Part shown: one piece after another, positions 19,762 through 30,200 of the stretch
Layout: each line of letters begins with the position of its first letter
How positions within the stretch are numbered: position 1 is the first letter of the stretch
From: Clostridiales bacterium
Lineage (GTDB): Bacteria; Bacillota; Clostridia; Oscillospirales; UBA644
Assembly: GCA_016281915.1 (NCBI GenBank)
Contig: JAEEJO010000066.1
Span: 54,845 to 118,844 of the forward strand
Length of the DNA: 64,000 nt
Reading direction: 5' to 3'
Notes under the pieces: generated by a model
What the model saw: only the letters and a program-made list of their open reading frames with translations
Databases searched by the model: none
Told to the model about the DNA's origin: nothing
Made by a program: the position numbers and the translations under genes

Positions 19762-21147
19762 TTATTCGCCGTATACTTCAATTCTTGCTTCGTAATGATA
19801 GACCATATAATCATCAACTATCTTGTCGTAAACGCTTTCAAGAGAATCAAGTATCTGCGGTATGGAATCGTGAGTGCCGAGAACGTTTTCGAGGGCCTTA
19901 CGGGCGCCTTCTTTAAAAAAGCCGTATTCCGTGTTTCGGACTGAGTTTTCGATTACTTCAAAATCGCGTCTGTCGTGGAAGACCTGATACGTCATATAGT
20001 CGATGATATCATCTTTTGTTTTATATTCCTCAAACGGTTCATAGAGCTGTGACAGGATAGCGGCAGAAGCCTCGGGGTCCTTGGCATTTGCCGGTATGCC
20101 GGTAGCAAAGCCGAGTCCTTCATGATAAGAAAGGTATTTTCCCGGTGTGGCGTGAGGGCCCTGCGGAAATGGAATAACGCCGACGTTATCCATATTATAC
20201 ATGATGTATTTGGTGTCTGTGGTAAGCTCATACGTCCATGTAAGATACATGGCTGCTTCGCCTCGAATGAATTCATCGTGACCCGTTGAGTCTGTCTGAG
20301 GATGGAAACAGTGTTTATGTGTTACCTGATAGATATCCTGAGCGCGCTGCATCGCTTCTCTGCCGATATCGGTATAAAGACCGCATACGACCTGTCCGTT
20401 TTCGTAAGCGGAAAGGGCAACGCCGCTTGAAAGGAAAAAGTTTATTGAGAAATATGCAGGATGGCATCTCAGTGCGTAGATGGTGGTTCCGGCATCATCG
20501 AAAGTATATTCTTCGAGTTTTTCCTCAAAAAGATCCCATGTCCAGCTGTTTGTTTCAACAAATTCACGAGGGTCGGTCTGACCGAGTGCAGTTATAATGT
20601 TTTCGTTAACTGCGAGAAGATGGCCTGGAATCCTGTAGACGAGTTCGGGCCATGCAAACGGAACAACGCCGTAAACATCATCGTTCCAGAGCATGGACTG
20701 CAGCATATTCGGTGTGCCCCATTTATCGGTGTTTTCTATATCAAGAAGCTCTTTCAGTCCTGTCAGGTAGCCTGCGCGGACGTCAGAGACGAGATGATAA
20801 CCGTCGCCTTCCATAATATCAAAGGGCTGGGACCCGGACATTACACCCGCGCGCAGCATGCCGATGATCTCGGTATTGTAATAGATATCGATCACACAGT
20901 TGAGCGCATCTTCCACTTCCTTTTTCCGTTTTGCGGCATAGTCGGCATTAGCAGTATCCGTAACGAAGCCTAAAACACTTTCGCCCTCTTCCGCAGACCA
21001 GCCGAATACGGCTCTGAATCCTCCGAGGTCACCTTCTGCAACCTCAAACTCGTATTCCGGTATCATTTCAGGTTCAGCTGTCCCGCACGCGGAGAAAACA
21101 GCGGCAATGATAATCAGAAGAGAAACAACCTTGATAAATCGGGACAT
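19762..21147 (-). CDS. Lipoprotein, substrate-binding-protein-like (paralogue 3)
   Basis: 461-aa ORF with SD TAAGGAG. Signal/lipobox: MSRFIKVVSLLIIIAAVFSAC. Paralogous blocks: DPREFVETNSWTWDLFEE and NVGVIPFPQGPHA. Confidence 0.7.
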   Translation of the reverse strand: MSRFIKVVSLLIIIAAVFSACGTAEPEMIPEYEFEVAEGDLGGFRAVFGWSAEEGESVLGFVTDTANADYAAKRKKEVEDALNCVIDIYYNTEIIGMLRAGVMSGSQPFDIMEGDGYHLVSDVRAGYLTGLKELLDIENTDKWGTPNMLQSMLWNDDVYGVVPFAWPELVYRIPGHLLAVNENIITALGQTDPREFVETNSWTWDLFEEKLEEYTFDDAGTTIYALRCHPAYFSINFFLSSGVALSAYENGQVVCGLYTDIGREAMQRAQDIYQVTHKHCFHPQTDSTGHDEFIRGEAAMYLTWTYELTTDTKYIMYNMDNVGVIPFPQGPHATPGKYLSYHEGLGFATGIPANAKDPEASAAILSQLYEPFEEYKTKDDIIDYMTYQVFHDRRDFEVIENSVRNTEYGFFKEGARKALENVLGTHDSIPQILDSLESVYDKIVDDYMVYHYEARIEVYGE

Positions 21148-21183
21148 TTCAACAGCTCCTTATTCTTCATTATGATTTAATAT

Positions 21184-21213
21184 ATTATACACATAACTGA
21201 TATGAAATGTCAA
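21184..21213 (-). promoter_or_regulatory. Promoter of lipoprotein paralogue 3
   Basis: On the minus strand: TTGACA (21208-13), 18 nt, TATAAT (21184-89). Confidence 0.55.
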
Positions 21214-21246
21214 TAGATTAAAATAAGTTTGTAAAAAATGCACAAA

Positions 21247-21272
21247 AGACCGCCTCTGCAAAGAGGCGGTCT
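21247..21272 (-). terminator. Terminator of 21286..22209
   Basis: agaccgcctct / gcaa / agaggcggtct forms an 11-bp perfect stem. Confidence 0.6.
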
Positions 21273-21285
21273 GACAAAACGGATT

Positions 21286-22209
21286 TCATTCGGCGATAAC
21301 GTGGAAAGGATCGGAATATGCGATATCCTCCCATGTTTCGGGGTCATAAATACGTAACGTGATCTCAACGTCTTCAAGGCGCTCTATATCGTTTTCCTCA
21401 AGGTCGCTGTCAAAGAAATACAGTTTCTCAATCATGTGCTTGCCTGCAGGAATGTTGCATGAGAACAGAGGGTCTATCATAAATCCGTTTACGGAAACAT
21501 CGTGGGCTGAAATATTGATGGGATTATTCAGGGAATTATACATATAGAAAAGGATATATTCGCCGATGAAATCATCGTGTCTTATACCTTTTTCTACGAC
21601 TTCTATTCCGTTGTCGTTATAGACCTGATTTCCGGAATTATCAAAGTTATAAACAAAGCCTGCTGCAGCGGAAGTTTCAATACGAACAGGACCTGTCTCG
21701 CATATAGCATCCCATGAGTCTTTCTTTGAAACTTTAAAATCGAGTTCGATATCCGCGATCACGGTTATACCGCACATTGCAAGATCATCTTCATCAAGAT
21801 AGAGTGAATCATTCGTCTTTTTACCGACAGGGACCGTATCAAACAGAAACGCTGAAAGCGCATATCCGTTTACGCATACGGTATTGACGGTTACGTCAAC
21901 GTCCTCTTCCGAATCGTTTTCAATAAGAATTTTGAGACAGGGACCGAACATGCTATCTGTCACAAGTTCTTTTGCCGTGATTTTGATACCGTTTTCATCA
22001 AGGATGATTTGCGGCTCAATGGTTACTTCGTCTGACGCAGGTTCCTGAGGCTGCTGCGCTACGGTTTCGGTATTCTGTTGGGTCTGAGAATCATCCGTAT
22101 TCGTCTGTTCATTCGTGTTTACAACAGGCTGAATTGCGGAACACGCCGTGAGTGCGGAAAGCGCTATAACAAGCGCAAGGACAATGCTGAATAGTCTGTA
22201 CGGTTTCAT
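21286..22209 (-). CDS. Secreted lipoprotein of unknown function with an internal domain duplication
   Basis: 307-aa ORF with SD AGGAGGAG. Signal/lipobox: LALVIALSALTAC. Two units of about 110 aa share the pattern (D/N)xNGI...V.VNG(Y/F)...P.GK...L(Y)(L/F).(E/D)xDL...W(D/E)xI. Confidence 0.6.
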   Translation of the reverse strand: MKPYRLFSIVLALVIALSALTACSAIQPVVNTNEQTNTDDSQTQQNTETVAQQPQEPASDEVTIEPQIILDENGIKITAKELVTDSMFGPCLKILIENDSEEDVDVTVNTVCVNGYALSAFLFDTVPVGKKTNDSLYLDEDDLAMCGITVIADIELDFKVSKKDSWDAICETGPVRIETSAAAGFVYNFDNSGNQVYNDNGIEVVEKGIRHDDFIGEYILFYMYNSLNNPINISAHDVSVNGFMIDPLFSCNIPAGKHMIEKLYFFDSDLEENDIERLEDVEITLRIYDPETWEDIAYSDPFHVIAE

Positions 22210-22234
22210 TTAATCTCCTCCTGTTATCATTATA

Positions 22235-23269
22235 CTAAAAGCATTTTTGCATTCGTTCTTTTTTGCAATGCTCAATATTGCCGCAGCGGTAACAAAGCTC
22301 GTTTTCACAATAGCCGTCGCTTCTGACAAATGAGCGGATGTTTTCAACGGTTGTCTGCGCAATACTGTCGAGAGCTTCTGCTGTGAGATATGCCTGATGA
22401 GACGTTACTATCACGTTCGGCATTGAAATAAGGCGGGCAAGGATATCGTCACCGAGAATGTGACCGGAGCGGTCTTCAAAGAAAATATCCGCCTCCTCCT
22501 CATAAACGTCAAGACAGGCAGCGCCGATCTTACGCTGTTTTATACCTTCCAGAAGTGCTTCGGCATCTATAAGCCCTCCCCTTGACGTGTTAACGATAAC
22601 AACGCCTTTTTTCATGCTGTCAATGGCTTTCGAATCGATCATATGTCTTGTTTCATCAGTCAGCGGACAGTGAAGCGAGATCACGTCGCTCTTTTCAAAA
22701 AGAGTTTCGAGGGGGACATATTCCATGCCTGAATTATCGGATGGGAATTTGTCATAAGCGAGCACTTTCATACCGAAGCCGCCGCATATGCCGGCAAAAA
22801 TTCTGCCAATTTTGCCCGTTCCGATAACTCCGACCGTTTTACCGTGAAGATCGAAGCCTATAAGCCCGTTGAGAGAAAAATTAAACTCTCTTGTGCGGTT
22901 GTAGGCTTTATGGATACGTCTGACAGACGTCAGAAGAAGCGCCATAGCGTGTTCAGCGACGGAATAAGGCGAATATGCAGGGACGTGAACGACGTGGATT
23001 TTGCCGAATGCATGTTTTATATCGACATTATTGTATCCGGCAGATCTGAGAGCAATCAGTTTTACTCCGTTCGCATAAAGGGCGTCTATCACAGCGGCGT
23101 TGACGGTATCGTTTACAAAGACGCAGACTGCATCGCTGCCGGCGGCAAGATTTACGGTATCTTCGTTCAGTTTTGTTTCATAAAACCTGAATTCCATGCC
23201 GTCAATTGAATTATACTTTTCAAAAGAGGCGATATCATAAGGTTTCGAGTCAAAAAAAGTTACTTTCAT
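22235..23269 (-). CDS. ldhA: D-isomer-specific 2-hydroxyacid dehydrogenase (D-lactate dehydrogenase-like)
   Basis: 344-aa ORF. NAD-binding GVIGTGKIGRIFAGI, the catalytic region SLHCPLT...VNTSRGGLID, and the TSHQAYLT His motif. Has an unusual Cys-rich tail. Confidence 0.85.
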   Translation of the reverse strand: MKVTFFDSKPYDIASFEKYNSIDGMEFRFYETKLNEDTVNLAAGSDAVCVFVNDTVNAAVIDALYANGVKLIALRSAGYNNVDIKHAFGKIHVVHVPAYSPYSVAEHAMALLLTSVRRIHKAYNRTREFNFSLNGLIGFDLHGKTVGVIGTGKIGRIFAGICGGFGMKVLAYDKFPSDNSGMEYVPLETLFEKSDVISLHCPLTDETRHMIDSKAIDSMKKGVVIVNTSRGGLIDAEALLEGIKQRKIGAACLDVYEEEADIFFEDRSGHILGDDILARLISMPNVIVTSHQAYLTAEALDSIAQTTVENIRSFVRSDGYCENELCYRCGNIEHCKKERMQKCF

Positions 23270-23318
23270 AGGGCAATCCTTTCGGGGTACATCTGTTTTT
23301 CGGAACAGAAAGAAAAAA

Positions 23319-24011
23319 TCACAGAAGCTCGGACAGCGAGTGTATCTTCAAAAACGGAACATCGTGATCCGTGCCGGGCGTTGCAGCGATAAGGACGGGA
23401 GTGATGCCGAACTTTGCCGAAGCTGCAATATTTGCCGGATTATCGTCTATAAAGACGGTGTCTTTCGCCTCACATCCGCATTTACTCAGAGCGTCGAGAA
23501 ACATTTCAGGTTCGGGTTTGCAGATACCGAAAGAAAAGCTGAAGGTTGTGAAAGAGAAAAAGTCAAGAAGATCGTGAGCGCGAAGTTTGTTGACGATGCT
23601 TGGCCACGTATCCGAAATCACACCGAGGGCAAAACGGCTTTTCAGTGCCGAAAGCACTTTTACGGCATCGGGATAAGGAACATAATTAGCGGTGTTGAAG
23701 GTGTGGTCCGATGCGATTTCGCCGATCTGTTCATGCGTAAGACCAAGCTCGAGAGCGGCTGAAAGATCCGTGTAAAAATGTGTGAATTCTTCAAGTTCTG
23801 TTTTTTCGTCAAGACAAAGGTGATGCTTCATCAGCTTTCCGGTGCATTCCTTAACAGCGTCTGATATACGCTCGGGGTTTATCGCTTCAAGACGTTTTGA
23901 TGCAAAGCTGTTGAATTTTGCCGTGAACATCCAGTCGCCAGATGCGGGATACAAAACTGTATAGCCTAAGTCAAAGAAAACAACTTTTTTGTTATTGAGA
24001 ATTTCATTCAT
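23319..24011 (-). CDS. HAD superfamily hydrolase
   Basis: 230-aa ORF. Motif I VVFFDLGYT (DxG variant) and the C-terminal VFIDDNPANI motif IV. Confidence 0.7.
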   Translation of the reverse strand: MNEILNNKKVVFFDLGYTVLYPASGDWMFTAKFNSFASKRLEAINPERISDAVKECTGKLMKHHLCLDEKTELEEFTHFYTDLSAALELGLTHEQIGEIASDHTFNTANYVPYPDAVKVLSALKSRFALGVISDTWPSIVNKLRAHDLLDFFSFTTFSFSFGICKPEPEMFLDALSKCGCEAKDTVFIDDNPANIAASAKFGITPVLIAATPGTDHDVPFLKIHSLSELL

Positions 24012-24026
24012 AACTGCTTTTACTGT

Positions 24027-25934
24027 TTACCAGATATTGATTCGTTTTTCGGGTGCGATATACATTTTATCGTTTGCGGTAACACCGAAAGCTTCATACC
24101 ACTCGCCGAAGTTTCTCGGAGGCATATTTGCTCTGAGAACGTTTGGAGAATGAACGTCTACAGAAAGAAGAAGCTGAATATACTCTTCTTTTGCCTTCAT
24201 GCACCATACCCGAGCCCAGTTTTTGAAATATGCCTGATAGTCAGGAGAGGAAAGAGTATGCATTATTTCAAGTGTGACGCCCATACCGCCGTTATCTGCG
24301 ATGTTTTCACTGACAACAAGCTCGCCGTTAACTTTTCCGCCGTGGTATTCAATTCCGTCAAACTGAACGATCATGTCTTTTGTAAGGTCGTTGAAAGACT
24401 TGAAATCCTCTTCAGTCCACCAGTTCTTCAGATTGCCGTGTTCATCGAATTTTGCGCCGTTGTTATCGAATGCGTGAGATATCTCATGTCCGATAACGGC
24501 ACCGATTCCGCCGAGGTTTTCGCTGATGCTCTGTTTAAGTGAGTAGAAAGGCTTCTGAAGTATAGCTGCGGGGAAGGTGATATCGTTGCAGTTAGGATTG
24601 TAGCAGGCGTTTACCATATGTCCAGGCATAGCCCATTCGGTGCGGTCAACGGGCTTGAGTAATTTGTCGATCGCCTCTTTGTTGCGTATTGAAGAAAGTT
24701 TCTGCATTGCATCAAAATACGAATCGTTTTCATCAAAAACAAGTTTTGACCAGAATTCTTTTATATTATCTGGATAGCCCATTTTGATTTCGATGGCAGA
24801 AAGCTTTTTGATCGCCTGTTTTTTCGTTGATTCGGCAAGGAAAGTGTTTTTATTTACGCGGATCTTGTATGTTTCGATGATCTTTTTAACAAGATCGACG
24901 ACATCCTTTTTTGCCACTTCGCCAAAGTAAGTTCTGCCGTAATAAACGCCGACAGGTTCGGAATAAACGGACGATGCTACTCTGTAAGCCTGTTTTTCCA
25001 TTGCAGGGTCAGCCGTAACGCCGGAAAGCGCCCGTCTGTAAGTGCGGCCGAGAGATGCAAGCTCTTCGGAAAGGCATCCCGTGCTTGAAATAAGCGCCTG
25101 AACGTATGCCCAGTGGATATACATTTTGAAGTTTTCCGCGGTGAAATATCCGTTCATCTCTTCGATGGCTTTCGGATCATATACTATAAGCGTTTCGGGA
25201 GCCTTGTCTCCGTAAAGATCGGAAAGGATCTTTTTAATATCAAGGGGAGCGACGCATTTCGCCACTTCATCAATGTTTCTCGGGTTATGGCATTTATAGT
25301 ATTCGGACCATTCGACCTGACTTTTTACTTTCTTTGCAACAAGAGCGTCGAACGCAAGAGTATCTTCAAGATACTTTTTCCGATCTTCTTCGGAAAGATC
25401 GGTATATTTAAGGATTTCAGCCGCCATATTTGAGTAAATGGCAAGAAGCTGAGCCCCTGCGGGGTTTTCTTCTGAATAATACGTTGTGTCGGGAAGAATT
25501 ATCTGAGGGCCAAGAACGATAACGGAATGCTTTTCAGCGTCTTCCATATCAGCTTCAACGCCGATCTGGACAGGAAGATTTATATCGTTCAAAAGAAAGT
25601 AAGCCGCACAGCGGTTAAGATCTTCGGGTGTTTTTACCGATTCGATTTTTTTGAGCATCGCAAGGGCGGGAGCAATGCCTTCTCTGTTTCTTCTTTCGGT
25701 ATCGAGAACTTTTTTGTAAAGAGAAACGGCATATTTCATTTCAGGGATATCCGTAGTCTTTTCACCGTCTGCAAACGCTTTAAAATCTGCCATCATTATC
25801 TTTTCGACGTCCTGATCAAGGTCAGAAAAGCCTCCGGTGGTTGGTCTGTCATCGGGAATTACGGCAGTTTTCAGCCATTCGCCGTTGACCGCCTGATAAA
25901 GATCGTCCTGTATCCTTACATTTTCCTCACTCAT
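24027..25934 (-). CDS. pepO: M13 family metalloendopeptidase (PepO-like)
   Basis: 635-aa ORF. Zincin motif VIGHEISHAFD and downstream ENIADNGG (the third zinc ligand Glu). Confidence 0.9.
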   Translation of the reverse strand: MSEENVRIQDDLYQAVNGEWLKTAVIPDDRPTTGGFSDLDQDVEKIMMADFKAFADGEKTTDIPEMKYAVSLYKKVLDTERRNREGIAPALAMLKKIESVKTPEDLNRCAAYFLLNDINLPVQIGVEADMEDAEKHSVIVLGPQIILPDTTYYSEENPAGAQLLAIYSNMAAEILKYTDLSEEDRKKYLEDTLAFDALVAKKVKSQVEWSEYYKCHNPRNIDEVAKCVAPLDIKKILSDLYGDKAPETLIVYDPKAIEEMNGYFTAENFKMYIHWAYVQALISSTGCLSEELASLGRTYRRALSGVTADPAMEKQAYRVASSVYSEPVGVYYGRTYFGEVAKKDVVDLVKKIIETYKIRVNKNTFLAESTKKQAIKKLSAIEIKMGYPDNIKEFWSKLVFDENDSYFDAMQKLSSIRNKEAIDKLLKPVDRTEWAMPGHMVNACYNPNCNDITFPAAILQKPFYSLKQSISENLGGIGAVIGHEISHAFDNNGAKFDEHGNLKNWWTEEDFKSFNDLTKDMIVQFDGIEYHGGKVNGELVVSENIADNGGMGVTLEIMHTLSSPDYQAYFKNWARVWCMKAKEEYIQLLLSVDVHSPNVLRANMPPRNFGEWYEAFGVTANDKMYIAPEKRINIW

Positions 25935-26042
25935 GTTTATATCTCCTTTATTAAATCAGTTATTATAGCTATATAATTGTTTTTCACGGGTTTTCAATGC
26001 GTTTCAGCGATCGAAAGGACATATTCCTCCTCTGCTTTGCCG

Positions 26043-26345
26043 TTACAGCGTGCCGTTAAAATGAAGGTATAAAAAAACAAGAACGGCGATCTGAATTATC
26101 AGAAACAGCGGAAAGAAAAGTTTGAAATACCAATGCTGGGTCTTATGCCTGCATAAAGTCATTCCGAGAACGCCTCCGAGTCCGCCGAAGCATGCGGCAA
26201 AAAGGAAAAGGACCTTTTCCGGAACGCGGCGCTTGCCTTTTTTGGCGCAACTCTTATCAGATGCCATCGCGGAAAACGAGATAATATTAAGAACAAGAAG
26301 TAAAACGGCTGCTGCGGGAACGATAAAGTTATTAAGATCTGTCAT
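26043..26345 (-). CDS. DUF1294 family small membrane protein
   Basis: 100-aa ORF with SD AAAGGAG. KGKRRVPEKVLFLFAACFGGLGGVLGMTLCRHKTQHWYF matches the DUF1294 signature as I recall it. Confidence 0.7.
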   Translation of the reverse strand: MTDLNNFIVPAAAVLLLVLNIISFSAMASDKSCAKKGKRRVPEKVLFLFAACFGGLGGVLGMTLCRHKTQHWYFKLFFPLFLIIQIAVLVFLYLHFNGTL

Positions 26346-26395
26346 AAATACTCCTTTGAACGGACCATGACCTTATATTTTACAATTTATACCTT

Positions 26396-26424
26396 ATTAT
26401 ACTACAATTATTTCGCCGTGTCAA
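26396..26424 (-). promoter_or_regulatory. Promoter of DUF1294 gene
   Basis: On the minus strand: TTGACA (26419-24), 17 nt, TATAAT (26396-401). Confidence 0.55.
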
Positions 26425-27012
26425 CCAAAAGATTGCGAAAAAGCGTTGACGGTGAAGAAAAAAGAGACGAAAGCAGAAAAACAGGAAAGAACAGACACCC
26501 GAAAACGGATGTCTGTTCTTTTTATTATTGTAACGTGATCTTGTTTCTGCGATACCTTTTTGCCGACAAAAGTGCGGCTGTACGGAATTGTGCATTCGGG
26601 ATCTGAAATCCAGCCGCCGAACGTGTATCCGTCTTTTTCAGGAGCCTTCGGTTCAGCTATTGTGCCGCCTTCGGTAACAGTAATTATTATATCGCCCTCG
26701 TCGCCGTCTTCACTGTCTATAACTATAACAACGGGAATTTCGGTTGAAGGATCGCCTTCGGAGGAAGCGCCTTCAGATAAAGGATCTGTGCCGTCGTTTA
26801 TAATGATATCGCCGTGTGTTTCGATTCCGCCGTTCGCGGTAACGACGCCGTGCCGCTTCCTTCGAACGGAATGTCGTTTTTGTTCGCTTCTGTTACCTCC
26901 GTACCGTTTATCCAAAGACCGAAAGGTTCTTCAGCAAACGACCGGCAGCAAGGTTCGGTATCAGGGCAAAGACGATAAGCATCGCTAAAAGAATGGCCCG
27001 GCGCGATTGTTT
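26421..27012 (-). pseudogene. Decayed gene for a secreted protein with a Listeria-Bacteroides (Flg_new) repeat
   Basis: An SD plus signal-peptide-like start (MKQSRRAILLAMLIVFALIPNLAAG, ATG at 27012) stops after 35 codons. The sequence continues in two other frames (LWINGTEVTEANKNDIPFEGSGTAS; then ...EKDGYTFGGWISDPECTIPY). The longest frame reads through a terminator hairpin (26488-26519) and the next gene's promoter. Confidence 0.5.
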
Positions 27013-27270
27013 CATAAAAATTGCCTCCCTCAGAATTTACGTCCGGAGGGAGGTTTGTTATATCGATTTTAGCCCTCCGAGCGCATGTTGTTTCTCAGAG
27101 GTGTTGTCCTCAGAGGACATAATACTACTTATAAAAGCAGTATCCTATTTCCGCCGTATTGTCAACACTTTTTTGTTGTTTCTTTGCGGTTTTTTGGCTT
27201 TTTTTGCTAATTTTCGGATGGGTTTGCGTTTATTTAAGGATAAAATCGGTACTGACAAAGGGAAATCGCA

Positions 27271-30200
27271 TCAGCCGAGCAGCGGGAGGGTATATTCCAT
27301 GATCATTTCGGCAAGCTCGCCACGGGTAACAGCTGTGTTTTCGGCTTCTGTTTTTTCATAAGATACGCCGACAAGTGAACTGAAAACGGAAAGGCAGTTT
27401 TCGAAATCAGCGCCCGTCAGAGGATCCGAAGAAAGATCGGAGGACGAGAAAATACCGAAAGAAGCAAGTTCGCTGATTGCCTGATCGGGGTCTTTTATAT
27501 CTTCAATGCCGAGAGCATAAAGAGCGATCGCGGCATCGCCTTTTGTTGCGGGAGCGTCAACGCCGAACGTTGTTTTGGTTGCGGGATACATAAGATTATA
27601 ATCGAGAACGAAAGACACTGCATCGTAGTGGGGCAGTCCCTCCCCTACGTCTTCAAGAATAAGTTCGTCGCCCGCAAACGGAGAAAGAACTGTATCGAAG
27701 AAATCTTCGTTTGCGCTTATAGCGGATGAGCTGCCTGCGGTAAAGCGCATACCTTCGGAAACAAGTTTTGCGTATACGTCGGCGTAATCCTGAAGTTTTT
27801 CAACGGTAATGCTCTTAAGATCACGCATATAATCGAGAAGAACGGAGGAATCTGTGTGAAGAAGAGTATCGAATGCGGCACTGACTGCTCCGCTGAGTTC
27901 TCCTGCGCTCTTTGCATAGTATGAATAAGCGGAAAGGATATATCCGTCAAGTTCTTCCTGATCAATTTCGAGTGTTGAAAGGAAATCGGGAAGTTTTTGA
28001 TAAACTTCGTATGTTTCAACGATGTTCGGGTCGCGGTATGAGACAATATATGCGCCGTAGTCTTCGATAAAGCCCGTCATAACGCCGTATGCGCCGTATT
28101 GATCTCTGAGCATGGGATAGAGGTATTTATCACTGACTATGCTTGAAACGGCGTCAAGAGAACCTGAGTATTCATCCATTCCGAGCGTTTCGTAATCGGC
28201 GACTACGCCGTTGAACTGGACGTTTGAGTCAACTATAAGCGCCTCAAAAGACGAAGAGGAAGGCAAGCTGTAATCTGCGCGTTTACGCGGCGTTTCATCG
28301 AGTTTGGAAAAGAAATCCGCGGAATACTGAGCATTAAGAGCAATACTTTCTTCGTTTCCCGCAAAAACAGCGGAAGCGCCGGAGCGGTTATTGAAGAAAT
28401 TTCTTATGTTTTCAAGTTTGAGTTTTACCACGCCCGGGGTTTCCAGTGCGGTTTTTTCAGTCTCTTCAAGGAACTGATAGTATTCGATTCCGTTAAAATA
28501 GTTGTAATAGCGGTATAGCTCGCTGTTTGAACCCATTGTGCGATAAAGCATGGTGGTGTACGGGCTGGAATTAATGCTGTCTTTCAGATTGTCCTTGTAT
28601 TTTCCGATAAGGTTTGCGATGGTTTCTGAGTCGCTGAAATCGGTCTCATACAAAAGCTCGTGCATAAGAGAGTAACCTGTTTCAAGATCTTCATCCGTTG
28701 ATATCCAGCCTGCGCGAAGACGCGGGATAAGGAGTCCGCTTTCTCCGTCCACGGCAAGGGACATGCGTATTTCGCCGTTGTAAAGATAGCGTCCGGTAAG
28801 CAAAGCAAGAGAATCGCGGTCATGTTTTGCGGTATCAAGCTCACCGAGAAGATCGGTGTAAAGGTGGAACCAAAGAATATCCTTTTGCGGAAGCGAGGAT
28901 GCGTCAAGAAGAAGAACTATATCGCCTATTCCGTCAACGTCAGCTATCGCATCGATATACTGAACGCCGTCTTCGCCCATGCGTTCCGAAACATCATATT
29001 CACGGATCTCTTCGGGCAGCGACGCAACGGTGACAGCCTGAAGGGCTTTGACATAAGACGATGCGTCATCTTCGGCAACTTCGCTGTTTGTGGTATCTAT
29101 GATAGCCTGAAGCTCATCGGGCGTCATTGCAGCCTTTACGCCGGCAAGACGCTCTTTTTCTTTGGCATCGAGCTTTTCACGGGCGCCTGGATCGGGAGCA
29201 GTAATGCTGAGGACCGTGATTTCGGGATCAAGAAGGCGGTCGGAAATTGCTTTGACGTAAAGTCCTTCACTGTTCCACTGCTCAAATTTACCCATGGCGT
29301 CAACATAATCCGCATAGCCGAAAACAATGCCTCGGGATGCGTAGTATGATACGAAAGAATCGATAAGATCTACGCCGATATCGCTGCTTTCACCCGTCAG
29401 TCTTACGCTCATAGCAACGGAATTCATAACGGCGTCGACAAGGTCGGCGGAAAAGCCCGTTTCTGCGATTTCTGCAAGGGATGAATTTACGGTTTCGACA
29501 AACGTATCCGCAATATCTTCGTTAACGTTTACCGCTGCAAACGTGATCATATCCTCAGGTCCGTCAATTTCGATGTAGGAGCCGAACGAACCGCGCGGAA
29601 TGGCGCGTTTGAGGTTTTGCATAAGCGGCGATCCGTCTGAATTAAGAAGGTCGGTAAGAGTATTGTATATCATTTCCTCGTTCGGATCGTCCTTAAGACC
29701 GGGGCACATGATACCGTAATAGATAATGCTTGCATTTTCCGTAACGGTGCCTGAAACGGAGGGGAATTTGTAAGTGTTTACGGCATCGTCGGTAATGGGA
29801 GTATAATCATTTTCTTCAAACGAGAATTCGCGCTTTTCATACGGAGAGAACGCTTCGTTTAAGATTTTAAGGAACGCCGTGTAATTCTCAAACTCGCCGT
29901 AAAGGAAAGCGCAGCAGTTTGAAGGATGATAATAAAGATCATGATATGAGCGAAGGCTTTCCCATGTCATATCGGGTATGAACGCAGGATCGCCCCCGGA
30001 TACGTTGCCTATTGTTGAGCCGGGAAATGCGGTGCGGAGAAGGTTGCGGTATGCCTCGCTGTTGATGCTTGTGGCGCCTAGCATTTCAGAATAAACCGTT
30101 CCTTCTATTGTGAGGTCACTTTCCGCATCGGCAAGACGATAGCGCCATGCCTCTTCGCGGAAGATGCTTTCATCTTCAAGAATAAGAGGATGAAGGCAGC

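Noticed and set aside
19547-19795. 82-aa ORF (MYFTVCFCNLRRKK...)
   Set aside because: It spans a terminator, a consensus promoter, a second terminator and the 3' end of the convergent gene. It has no SD and its composition is not protein-like. The region is better explained as regulatory/sRNA.
28822-29349. 175-aa plus-strand ORF
   Set aside because: It is antisense to the 1131-aa M16 peptidase gene and has no start signals.
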